Virus record (IMG/VR): IMGVR_UViG_3300017963_000586
Coordinates: 1-31,338 of that record
From: a virus
Taxonomy: Duplodnaviria > Caudoviricetes
Length of the DNA: 31,338 nucleotides
Strand: one strand, 5' to 3'
How positions within the stretch are numbered: position 1 is the first letter of the stretch; each line of letters begins with the position of its first letter. Below the pieces are notes generated by a model. That model saw only the letters and a list, made by a program, of their open reading frames with translations, was not told the origin of the DNA and made no database searches. The translations under genes and the position numbers were made by a program. Positions 8,877 through 15,832 of the stretch are shown one piece after another.

Positions 8877-9623
8877 TTAACCTCCCAAAATTTTGTTTTT
8901 TATGTATAAAAGATTCGGTTTTTCGATTGTGTTCAGTTTTCCGGAGCGATCCTTGGCCGGATACTCATTTATCGGCTGAGTGTAGAACACGCGGTATTCG
9001 TTGCCGTCATCGTCAGTTGTGGTCTGCATGTAAAACACTTCATCGAAAAACGACGGCAGCTTTTCTTTAAGGCCGCGTCCGACGACATCCGGAGCCGGAT
9101 ACCGCCGGTTGGATTCGTCCTTATTGATTGTCTCAAGGCATGTGAAAACAACGGAATAGTCCTTCAGATCCCGGAAGCCTTTAACCGTTAACTGAATGGT
9201 GGCATAGTAATCGTCCCACCGGTTAAACGATTTCGACCGGTCTGAATACTTCTCGCGCATAACCTGATCGCACCGGGCGGATATTTCGGTCAGGCTGTCA
9301 ATGAATATCCAGCCGTACCGGTCTTTCATTTCCTGCGTGGTCGCCAGAAGTTGATACGCTTCTTTAAATTCCTGCTGACTGCCGATTTCATATCCTTCGA
9401 CCAGTCCAGCCTTTACCAGATCACGGACGGCTAAAAGACCCGATTCGGCGGACAGGACGCACACCTTTTCTTCCGGCGGATCACTGACCTGTTTCCACCC
9501 CCCGCTGGTATACTCCTGACCAAGCATGGTCCGTAGAAGCGATGTTTTGCCGAGCCCATATTTGCCGATAACGAGCGCACAGATGCGATCTGCGCTCTCT
9601 TGTGTAATTGGATTAAGAGCCAT
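8877..9623 (-). CDS. AAA_24 / Sak4-like ATPase (single-strand annealing recombinase)
   Basis: Walker A GKYGLGKTS, FIDSLTE, FFDEVF, AKDRSGKL. Confidence 0.9.
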   Translation of the reverse strand: MALNPITQESADRICALVIGKYGLGKTSLLRTMLGQEYTSGGWKQVSDPPEEKVCVLSAESGLLAVRDLVKAGLVEGYEIGSQQEFKEAYQLLATTQEMKDRYGWIFIDSLTEISARCDQVMREKYSDRSKSFNRWDDYYATIQLTVKGFRDLKDYSVVFTCLETINKDESNRRYPAPDVVGRGLKEKLPSFFDEVFYMQTTTDDDGNEYRVFYTQPINEYPAKDRSGKLNTIEKPNLLYIKNKILGG

Positions 9624-10008
9624 CGCCCACCTCCTCGTATGTTATCGTCGGCGCTCCCGGTGTGACGGTCCTGGCCCAGTTGACCGCTTTTTCAAACTCC
9701 GCATCACGGAGCATCGCCTCTTTTAGATCCTTGAAAGATTTTGGTTTGAATTCAGATTTAAAAACCGAATCAAAGACCTTGAAGTGCTGACGAACCGTTT
9801 CTAAGCTCTTTTGGTTCCACTTCATATTTTCACGATTGACGACCTTAACCTTAAATCCACCGCCGACAAGATACCCGGTTTTGCTGCCGTCTTTAAATTC
9901 GGCTTTTGGTGCAATGGCTTGGTTAACCTCTTTTAGCCGCTGCGACATCGCGGCGATTTTCATCTTTAGTGATGCACCTTCCTGTATAAGTTGGTCTAAT
10001 TTTTCCAC
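9613..10008 (-). CDS. Hypothetical phage protein (coiled-coil N-terminus), typical upstream partner of Sak4
   Basis: GTG start with GGAGG SD; overlaps the ATPase gene. Confidence 0.8.
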   Translation of the reverse strand: MEKLDQLIQEGASLKMKIAAMSQRLKEVNQAIAPKAEFKDGSKTGYLVGGGFKVKVVNRENMKWNQKSLETVRQHFKVFDSVFKSEFKPKSFKDLKEAMLRDAEFEKAVNWARTVTPGAPTITYEEVGDGS

Positions 10009-10118
10009 GTTCCCTCCTCCCTAAACTCGCACCTGTCGCACCGCGCCACACTGCACAAGCCCAGGATGAATAGGCCTAAAAAAGTTCCGATGAATAATCC
10101 GACGATGAATGACAACAA
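9996..10118 (-). CDS. 40-aa membrane peptide (MLSFIVGLFIGTFLGLFILGLCSVARCDRC...), DUF3789-like
   Basis: Translated manually; TTG start with AAGGAGG SD; one TM helix. Confidence 0.65.
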   Translation of the reverse strand: MLSFIVGLFIGTFLGLFILGLCSVARCDRCEFREEGTWKN

Positions 10119-10354
10119 TGGTGGCCTCCTTTCGTAAGTCGGCCCGCCCCGGCGGTTTTTCATGGGGGTGAAACATTGAGCAACTACCGCCGGAGCGGAC
10201 CTTTTGGAGCTTGTGGTGAGGAAGGATTCGCTGCCACGCTAACCGACTTCACGCACCAAAGCCCAGGTTTATGGTTGTTATGCCGCTGCCGCCGTTGACA
10301 TCGGGTAGCCTTAGAGCGTCCGATAGGGGAACGAGCGGTGCCGCCGCTGTTGCT
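10119..10354 (-). promoter_or_regulatory. Structured non-coding leader within the early lytic transcript
   Basis: 16-bp stem 10141-10156/10186-10201 and long stem 10207-10264; in both, plus-strand C-A mismatches become G-U pairs on the minus strand. Confidence 0.6.
10225..10272 (+). repeat. Direct repeat copy 1 (partner 11375-11425)
   Basis: gattcg-ctgccacgctaaccgacttcacgcaccaaagccca---ggtttat vs gattcacctgccacgctaatcgatttc-cgcaccaaagcccaaccggtttat. Confidence 0.9.
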
Positions 10355-10516
10355 TTATTGCTTGTCTTCCAAGGCTATGATCTGAACCGGATTGCCGTTT
10401 GTAGCAAACAGGCACCCGCAAAAATCGCATTTCCATTGGTGGTTGATGATCGATTTACATTCAAAATCAGATGACCGTCCGCAGGTTCCGCAGTGCGGGC
10501 ATTTAATCCGTTTCAT
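10355..10516 (-). CDS. 53-aa zinc-ribbon protein (MKRIKCPHCGTCG...WKCDFCGC...)
   Basis: Translated manually; ATG directly follows the cro stop (TAAATG); CxxC pairs. Confidence 0.7.
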   Translation of the reverse strand: MKRIKCPHCGTCGRSSDFECKSIINHQWKCDFCGCLFATNGNPVQIIALEDKQ

Positions 10517-10738
10517 TTATTTTCCTTGACAATCGTTATGTGAATGTTGCATATCTGAATCAAGGGCTTGTAATCTCAACAGAACTTCGGCTGAAAACAT
10601 AAACTCGCCTCGCTCATATCTTGAGACATAGCTTTGTGCTACTTGAGGGTTTTTATCGGGGAACAATAGTCGGGCAAAATCTGTTTGATTAATACCCAAT
10701 GATTTTCTGACGTGTTTTATGTATTCGTTCGGTTTCAT
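10517..10738 (-). CDS. Cro-like XRE helix-turn-helix regulator
   Basis: IKHVRKSLGINQTDFA...SYVSRYERG; divergent from the repressor and first gene of the replication operon. Confidence 0.85.
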   Translation of the reverse strand: MKPNEYIKHVRKSLGINQTDFARLLFPDKNPQVAQSYVSRYERGEFMFSAEVLLRLQALDSDMQHSHNDCQGK

Positions 10739-10745
10739 AATTACT

Positions 10746-10775
10746 ACAATATCACATAGAATTTAAGCCTGTCAA
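10746..10775 (-). promoter_or_regulatory. Sigma70-like lytic promoter TTGACA-N18-TATTGT with TG extension; probably leaderless cro mRNA
   Basis: -35 at 10775-10770, -10 at 10751-10746, 7 nt to the ATG, no SD. Confidence 0.6.
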
Positions 10776-10785
10776 CATATTAAAT

Positions 10786-11190
10786 ATGGATTTTCGTCAT
10801 AATTATATTACTGACCTAAGAAAGAAAAAGCGGATAAGCCAGACAAGGCTTGGAGATGCGGTTGGTATAGATCAGGGTCAAATAAGTAGATTTGAAACGG
10901 GAAAGGCCGTGCCAGATGCAGAACAGCTCGGAAGAATCGCTGGTTTTTTTGGTGTTGATGTAAGAAGGTTTTATGAAAATGAAAATGACAAGCACTTAGA
11001 ATCGTCAATCGGCTTCTCAGCCGATATCGACGCCGAGCACATACCGGGCCCATGTCGTGAGATTTTTACAGAGTACGGCAAAAAAAGGAATTTTGAACTC
11101 TATAAAATCATTGACGAAAAGAATAAAATTATTGAAGAATTAAAAGAACAAGTCGCATATTACAAGCGAAGGAGCGAAAAAGATGATTAA
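10786..11190 (+). CDS. CI-like XRE repressor (no S24 peptidase domain; C-terminal coiled coil)
   Basis: LRKKKRISQTRLG...QGQISRFETG HTH; divergent from cro and upstream of int. Confidence 0.85.
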   Translation: MDFRHNYITDLRKKKRISQTRLGDAVGIDQGQISRFETGKAVPDAEQLGRIAGFFGVDVRRFYENENDKHLESSIGFSADIDAEHIPGPCREIFTEYGKKRNFELYKIIDEKNKIIEELKEQVAYYKRRSEKDD

Positions 11191-11365
11191 AGCCATGCTT
11201 ATTATTGTCGCAGTCGCCATCGTTATCGCAATTATTCAGAACGCAATTAAAAAAAGCCAGATTAAATCTGGAGCTATCAAGCTTTGCCCACATTGCCGGG
11301 AGGAAATACCGGGCGATGCCTCCGTTTGTAAAACTTGTCATAGAGACTTGACACCAGCGGCCTAA
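11183..11365 (+). CDS. Small membrane-anchored zinc-ribbon protein
   Basis: N-terminal TM helix; CPHC...CKTC; AAGGAG upstream; overlaps the repressor stop. Confidence 0.8.
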   Translation: MIKAMLIIVAVAIVIAIIQNAIKKSQIKSGAIKLCPHCREEIPGDASVCKTCHRDLTPAA

Positions 11366-11374
11366 TTATGTAAC

Positions 11375-11425
11375 GATTCACCTGCCACGCTAATCGATTT
11401 CCGCACCAAAGCCCAACCGGTTTAT
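11375..11425 (+). repeat. Direct repeat copy 2 (partner 10225-10272)
   Basis: See copy 1 alignment. Confidence 0.9.
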
Positions 11426-11445
11426 CCGGCTGGGCGTTTTTGTTT
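11384..11445 (+). ncRNA. Candidate ~60-nt antisense sRNA
   Basis: TTGACA at 11348-11353, N18, TG-t-AACGAT (weak -10); body is repeat copy 2; ends in a hairpin plus U-tract. Inferred, not recognised as a known family. Confidence 0.4.
11411..11445 (+). terminator. Intrinsic terminator-like hairpin
   Basis: gcccaaccgg-tttat-ccggctgggc followed by gtttttgttt (9 of 10 pairs on plus; fully paired with G-U on minus). Confidence 0.65.
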
Positions 11446-11478
11446 CCGCCTGCCGGACTCCGACGAAAGGAGTCCACA

Positions 11479-11715
11479 ATGGACCGCTTCTTAAATCCCG
11501 TATTCAAATATTTTTTTGTAACTTTGATCGGCATCGCCATCGGCTACGGCTGGGCATGGATGGCGATGAACAATCACATCACCGAATCAGCTACGCCTTG
11601 CCCTCCCTGCCAAGAGATAAAATTTCAGAAAGTTTTCTTTGACCACAACAGCCGGACTGCAGGATGGGATTACTGGCAATGCGTTGTCACTCCGCTGAAC
11701 GAGCTGGGCAGGTAA
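11479..11715 (+). CDS. Membrane protein, 78 aa (true start likely ATG 11479)
   Basis: AAGGAG SD at 11467; TM helix YFFVTLIGIAIGYGWAWMAM. Confidence 0.75.
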   Translation: MDRFLNPVFKYFFVTLIGIAIGYGWAWMAMNNHITESATPCPPCQEIKFQKVFFDHNSRTAGWDYWQCVVTPLNELGR

Positions 11716-11788
11716 GTTGACAACCGCCACCCGCGCATATAAGAGCACCCCCAAGAAGGGCAACTATAACGAACACATGGGGGTGTGT

Positions 11789-12907
11789 ATGTCAGGATCG
11801 ATTCACCGTCGGCATGACGGCAGGGCATGGTATGTCAAATGGTATTTTCCGCACTTAAGAAAAGGCGTCAACGTTACCCGTTATCGCGGATTAATCTGCG
11901 AAACAAAAAACATGGCGTCAAAGCTTCTCAGCGCCATGCAGGGAGATGTCGAAAATGGAGTGTCAAGCAGGGGACTGTTTAGAAAATACAAGCTCGGAGA
12001 AACAGACACGATCCCTTATTTATGGGATTGGCTGGAGTCCGTCAGGGGAAATCTATCTCCGGCCACTTACAAGGATTACGCAAACTCGATCAAAAACCAT
12101 CTTGAACCATTTTTTAAACAAGCCGGATGCCAGCTCTCTGAAATTCAGTATGATACTCTCCAGCGATTGCAAAACTCTATTGATCGAACTCCAAAAGGAA
12201 TAAAAAACGTCATGTATTGCCTCCATACCTGTCTCGATTATGCCTGGAGGTCAAGCCGTATACCAGCCGTTCCGCCTTTCCCACGGATAAGGGTTCAAGA
12301 GCCAACCATCAAATGGCTGCCCGAACTCCGGCAGATCAAAATAATAAGCGCGATATCGGAGGAGCATCAGCCTATATTCTGGTGGTTGAAATACCACCTC
12401 AGACGGCCCTGTGAGGCGATGGCGTTACAATGGGAGGATTACGATGAGTCAACCGATTGTTTTATCATACGACGATCTGTGTCAGCTCGTAAGGTCGTAC
12501 AACGAACTAAAACGGGTAAAGAAAGCGTTATCCCTTGCCACAGCGAATTTAAACAATTTATGCACAGACTTAGACATGGTTTTAGCCCATTTATATTCAC
12601 TAACCCAAGGTCAAGGTATAAAGGACGCCGATATTCACACGGAGTTTTGTCTAAAATGTGGCAATCTGGCTGTAAAAGAGCTGGAGAATCAATTAGGATG
12701 TACGCAGGGCTCAAGCACTCGACCGCCAGCCAAATGATAAACGAGTCTGGCTATAGCCTCGATCAAGTGCAAAGAGCGGGAGATTGGAAAAGTTTTGAAG
12801 CGGTAAAGCGGTATGCGGCTACTGAGATTGAAGAAAGGCGAAGGTTGTTAGAGCGAAAGGTCGTATCTATTCAAAATATGTCCAAAGACGATTTAAAGAC
12901 CGGCTAA
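11789..12907 (+). CDS. int: Tyrosine recombinase (phage integrase); ORF open from 11717
   Basis: Arm-binding N-terminus, LSPATYKDY/HLEPFF core-binding domain, RPCEAMAL, KT, YAGLKHS, C-terminal KRYA; adjacent att core. Confidence 0.93.
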   Translation: MSGSIHRRHDGRAWYVKWYFPHLRKGVNVTRYRGLICETKNMASKLLSAMQGDVENGVSSRGLFRKYKLGETDTIPYLWDWLESVRGNLSPATYKDYANSIKNHLEPFFKQAGCQLSEIQYDTLQRLQNSIDRTPKGIKNVMYCLHTCLDYAWRSSRIPAVPPFPRIRVQEPTIKWLPELRQIKIISAISEEHQPIFWWLKYHLRRPCEAMALQWEDYDESTDCFIIRRSVSARKVVQRTKTGKESVIPCHSEFKQFMHRLRHGFSPFIFTNPRSRYKGRRYSHGVLSKMWQSGCKRAGESIRMYAGLKHSTASQMINESGYSLDQVQRAGDWKSFEAVKRYAATEIEERRRLLERKVVSIQNMSKDDLKTG

Positions 12908-13030
12908 CCAATTAAAATAATAAGGCAAAAATTTTAACTGTATGTATTCGATTCCCATGCACTTCCGCCATAACAAGTTGATATTATTAAAAGCCATTGG
13001 GCGAACAGTATATTCAAGAACTGTTCAAAG
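12868..13030 (+). promoter_or_regulatory. attP accessory sites: arm-type direct repeats and IHF-consensus site
   Basis: tattcaaaatatgtccaaag (12868-12887) vs tattcaagaactgttcaaag (13011-13030), 16/20 identical; minus-strand TATCAActtgTTA at 12971-12983 matches WATCAANNNNTTR. Confidence 0.55.
12947..12970 (+). other. attP core = 3' end of tRNA-Sec (selC)-like gene
   Basis: TTCGATT-CCCAT-GCACTTCC-G-CCA: T-loop, 5-nt T-stem arm, 8-nt acceptor arm, G discriminator, CCA; 40 bp after the int stop; no 5' half present. Confidence 0.85.
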
Positions 13031-13048
13031 CACAATGGCTTTTTGTTT
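12989..13048 (+). terminator. Hairpin plus T-tract after att core (would terminate the reconstituted tRNA)
   Basis: aaaagccattg...caatggctttt outer stem, gaacagt/actgttc inner stem, then T-rich run. Confidence 0.55.
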
Positions 13049-13168
13049 TGGCAAGGCGGCACCCGGAGTCGAAGCAGGGGTATATAGTGTTAAGATATTG
13101 ATTTGATTAATGGTTATATCACCCGAATATCAAATGAATGACACCGGCGGGGAGGGGGAAGAGGAGCG

Positions 13169-13429
13169 ATGATTGATTTATCAGGTCATACGAACCAACT
13201 TTTATTAGATCGTGATGCTTTAAAAGACCGCCTCGCCGCCGTTGAACGAGAGAGGGATCTATACAAAGAACTCGTCAAGGCAAAAGATATGTTGTTATCT
13301 GCTTATCGTCTTGGCGGAAACCACAATTTAGCGGATAAGGCATTAGATAAAATTTATAAGATAAAAGCCGCCCTACGTAAGGCGGCTAAATACCAACGCA
13401 TAACAAAGGAGAATGAAAATGAAAAATGA
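13169..13429 (+). CDS. Hypothetical coiled-coil phage protein
   Basis: GAGGAG SD; overlaps next ORF. Confidence 0.7.
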   Translation: MIDLSGHTNQLLLDRDALKDRLAAVERERDLYKELVKAKDMLLSAYRLGGNHNLADKALDKIYKIKAALRKAAKYQRITKENENEK

Positions 13430-13763
13430 GGTTATCATTGACGGAGAAGTTTATGTGAAAAAAGAAAAGATGACAGATAACATCGTTTTAGTTCGCACAC
13501 ACAGTGCGGGAGTGCATTTTGGAGAGTTGGCATATCAAAGCAATGATGGGAAGTTGGTTACATTAAAAAATGCAAAGCGTTTATGGAAATGGGTCGGTGC
13601 TGCATCGTTATCTCAAGTGGCGATTGATGGGGTTACAGATAAAAAGCAGACCATGATCCCACCTGCCGTACCCGAAATCACACTAACAGAAGCAATTGAA
13701 ATAATACCGATGACGGAAAAAGCCGTTAAAAATTTATCAGAGGTGCCAGTATGGAAAAAATAA
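13413..13763 (+). CDS. DUF6948-like phage protein
   Basis: VLVRTHSAGVHFGEL, NAKRLWKWVGAASLSQVAIDG, EAIEIIP motifs; AAGGAG SD. Confidence 0.85.
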   Translation: MKMKNEVIIDGEVYVKKEKMTDNIVLVRTHSAGVHFGELAYQSNDGKLVTLKNAKRLWKWVGAASLSQVAIDGVTDKKQTMIPPAVPEITLTEAIEIIPMTEKAVKNLSEVPVWKK

Positions 13764-14008
13764 ACCATGGAGTCGGCTATGGCTATGGCTATGGCTATGG
13801 CTCTGGCAATGGCTCTGGCTCTGGCTATGGCTATGGCTATGGCTATGGCTCTGGCTATGGCTATGGCTATGGCGATGGCTATGGCTCTGGCTATGGCGAT
13901 GGCGATGGCTATGGCGATGGCTCTGGCTATGGCGATGGCTATGGCTATGGCGATGGCTGTGGCTATGGCGATGGCGATGGCTATGGCTATGGCGATGGCA
14001 ATGGTTAA
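13751..14008 (+). CDS. Gly/Tyr/Asp low-complexity protein (GYGYGDG repeats)
   Basis: GAGGTG SD; this frame is the one usually found next to DUF6948 genes. Confidence 0.65.
   Translation: MEKINHGVGYGYGYGYGSGNGSGSGYGYGYGYGSGYGYGYGDGYGSGYGDGDGYGDGSGYGDGYGYGDGCGYGDGDGYGYGDGNG
13775..14005 (+). repeat. Hexamer tandem array GGCTAT/GGCGAT/GGCTCT (about 38 units)
   Basis: Directly visible. Confidence 0.95.
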
Positions 14009-14015
14009 ATAACAG

Positions 14016-14057
14016 CCGCCGACCGGCGGGAGGCGGGGGAATAACCCACCGCCCCTC
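14016..14057. terminator. GC-rich hairpins at the convergence of plus and minus operons
   Basis: ccgcc/ggcgg and gaggcggggg/cccaccgcccctc stems; no clear U-tract. Confidence 0.3.
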
Positions 14058-14065
14058 ATCCACCA

Positions 14066-14236
14066 TCAAACATCCGGCAGAGTTTCCGGCGGGTGATCCT
14101 CGAAATATTTTTTCTGCTCCGCGTAATGAGCCTCGATGTCCTCCGGTGACATCCCCGCCATTTGCATCAAACGAAAATATCCCTGGATGAAAACTTTTGC
14201 GACCTCGACCAGACCAACGACGATTGAAGCTTCCAT
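14066..14236 (-). CDS. 56-aa protein (MEASIVVGLVEVAKVFIQGYFRLMQMAG...), last gene of lysis cassette
   Basis: Translated manually; AAGGAG SD; amphipathic N-terminus. Confidence 0.7.
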   Translation of the reverse strand: MEASIVVGLVEVAKVFIQGYFRLMQMAGMSPEDIEAHYAEQKKYFEDHPPETLPDV

Positions 14237-14268
14237 TTCCCTGTCTCCTTTTCATCCTCCATAAACGG

Positions 14269-14619
14269 TTATTGGTTAACGACCATGGCCGCGGCCCGGT
14301 CGAGGTTCTCAACGATCAGCCTTTCGGTTTCCGGCGACGGAGCCGCCCCCTGATCGACATACGACACATAAACCGAAATCAACGGATATACCTGAGTAAG
14401 CACCATCTTTTTCTCGCGCATCATTTCTTTTTGCGGTTCCGTCAAATTCGGCATCGCCGCCATCGTCCGGTAGTTTATATCCTGCGCGTTATACATCGCC
14501 ATGAAAAACGCCGCCTTTTCCTTCGGCGTCATCTCCGATACCGGTTTCAGGTTATCGAACGTGCACGCCCCGATCACCATTAAAGCTATCAGCCCTATGG
14601 GTATAAATTTCCTTATCAT
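14269..14619 (-). CDS. Lipoprotein in lysis cassette (possible spanin component)
   Basis: Signal peptide with lipobox IGAC; ATGA overlap with holin. Confidence 0.8.
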   Translation of the reverse strand: MIRKFIPIGLIALMVIGACTFDNLKPVSEMTPKEKAAFFMAMYNAQDINYRTMAAMPNLTEPQKEMMREKKMVLTQVYPLISVYVSYVDQGAAPSPETERLIVENLDRAAAMVVNQ

Positions 14620-14822
14620 TTGTTGGTATCCTCCCTTGTCGTGTCAGCGGTTCCGGCGAATTTGACCCTCGTGAGCGCCGCCCCGACGATTAAAAAGGCG
14701 ATATCGCCGACCTTATCCTGCGGCCCCCAGACCATTAAAAGCACCATCACCAGCACCGCCAGCAGAATAAAAATCACCGGTCCAAGCGCAGGCCACGGCA
14801 ACCGATCAATAATAGATTCCAT
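14616..14822 (-). CDS. Putative holin (2 TM)
   Basis: Two hydrophobic helices, charged C-terminus, directly after endolysin. Confidence 0.7.
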   Translation of the reverse strand: MESIIDRLPWPALGPVIFILLAVLVMVLLMVWGPQDKVGDIAFLIVGAALTRVKFAGTADTTREDTNK

Positions 14823-14824
14823 GT

Positions 14825-15229
14825 TTAGCCTCCGTTCGTTTTAACGATTTCAAAATGCGGCATATCGATCAGCCGGTGATCCGTGGTGAAAGTATCCCGA
14901 TCCCAATCACCGCCCCACCTAATATCGATGTGCATCGCCCTGGCCTTCGCCATCACATAACCCGCGAACCATGCGAACCGCGCCGTGTCATTCCAGTCGA
15001 TGGGATACGGGGCCAGATCCACCGCCCAGGACGGTTCCCCATTGTGTTTTGAATACGGCCACCGCTTACTTGATCGCCCCGTACGATACGCTTCGTTCTG
15101 CTCGGCCTCTCCTCGATGACCGCATAAAACGCTGAAGTCGATCTCCCTTATCACAACCTCACACAGGCAGATCAGCGATGTGTCGCAAGTGTACAGCCTG
15201 TCATGGCTAATTCTGGAGAACTTCGGCAT
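14825..15229 (-). CDS. Endolysin, M15 family L-Ala-D-Glu peptidase
   Basis: GHR.EAEQ, SKHN, AVDLAPYP, WGGDW, DMPHFE. Confidence 0.93.
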   Translation of the reverse strand: MPKFSRISHDRLYTCDTSLICLCEVVIREIDFSVLCGHRGEAEQNEAYRTGRSSKRWPYSKHNGEPSWAVDLAPYPIDWNDTARFAWFAGYVMAKARAMHIDIRWGGDWDRDTFTTDHRLIDMPHFEIVKTNGG

Positions 15230-15407
15230 AATGCTCCCTCACTAATTCTGCGATTTCCTGATGCTGGTCGTCATCGATATGCCCCGTAACGACAGACGCC
15301 CACCCCACCATATGGCACAACCGCGTGACAATTTCGTCCAATTCCCCGAAATAATACATCCGCACAATCAAACGCCGGATGTATCTTTTTTCGGCCTTCG
15401 TCATCAC
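15207..15407 (-). CDS. Hypothetical protein
   Basis: Fills gap with overlaps at both ends. Confidence 0.6.
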   Translation of the reverse strand: MMTKAEKRYIRRLIVRMYYFGELDEIVTRLCHMVGWASVVTGHIDDDQHQEIAELVREHYAEVLQN

Positions 15408-15832
15408 TGAGGACGCAGGCCAGTTGGCGCTGCAGGAGGCAAAAAATACTGAACCCCGAATTCATTTGCCGCCCCGACATATAAGGGATTATCCGACCAT
15501 GCGATAGCAGATTCCGCGACCACTTCTCCGCCGACCGTCCGGATAGCCTTGACCCCGACAAAATATTTGCCCTCCGTGTTCAGCGTGATCGTCGATACCG
15601 TGTTGGTAGATTGATCGACCTCCACCGGATTCGCCTTTTCAGGATCTGTTGTCGCGTTCGACATATACACCACATAAGACACCTCGGCAGGGTCTATCTG
15701 ATCCCCGCTTTCGTTGGTCGTGACTTCGTTCCACGCGATTTGTACCGAGTTGGCGGTATGCCAATTCTGAGCAAAAACAAAACCGGCAGCACTAAAAAAA
15801 ATAATCAACGTGACAAACAATATTTTTTTCAT
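15404..15832 (-). CDS. Secreted fibronectin type III-like protein
   Basis: MKKILF...VFA signal peptide; SVQIAW, YVVY, YFVGVKA, ES, PAAPTGL Fn3-like pattern; ATGA overlap. Confidence 0.75.
   Translation of the reverse strand: MKKILFVTLIIFFSAAGFVFAQNWHTANSVQIAWNEVTTNESGDQIDPAEVSYVVYMSNATTDPEKANPVEVDQSTNTVSTITLNTEGKYFVGVKAIRTVGGEVVAESAIAWSDNPLYVGAANEFGVQYFLPPAAPTGLRPQ

Noticed and set aside
10225-11425. Repeat pair as lambda-like nutL/nutR sites
   Set aside because: nut sites must read the same in each divergent transcript and so be inverted on the genome; these are direct.
10271-11540. ORFs 10271-10474(+), 10808-11053(-), 11129-11341(-), 11277-11540(-)
   Set aside because: Antisense shadows of better-supported genes or regulatory DNA.
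11717-11788. TTG 11717 as integrase start
   Set aside because: Coincides with a TTGACA hexamer and lacks a good SD; ATG 11789 fits better.
12900-12970. Complete tRNA gene
   Set aside because: Only T-loop to CCA is present; upstream sequence is AT-rich with no D or anticodon arm.
13751-13763. -1 frameshift fusing DUF6948 to the GY ORF
   Set aside because: Frames are compatible, but there is only A6 with no proper heptamer, and the GY ORF has its own SD and ATG.
13613-14312. Poly-(AI), poly-(HS) and poly-(AM) ORFs
   Set aside because: Alternative frames of the hexamer array; only the GY frame has an SD and the expected context.
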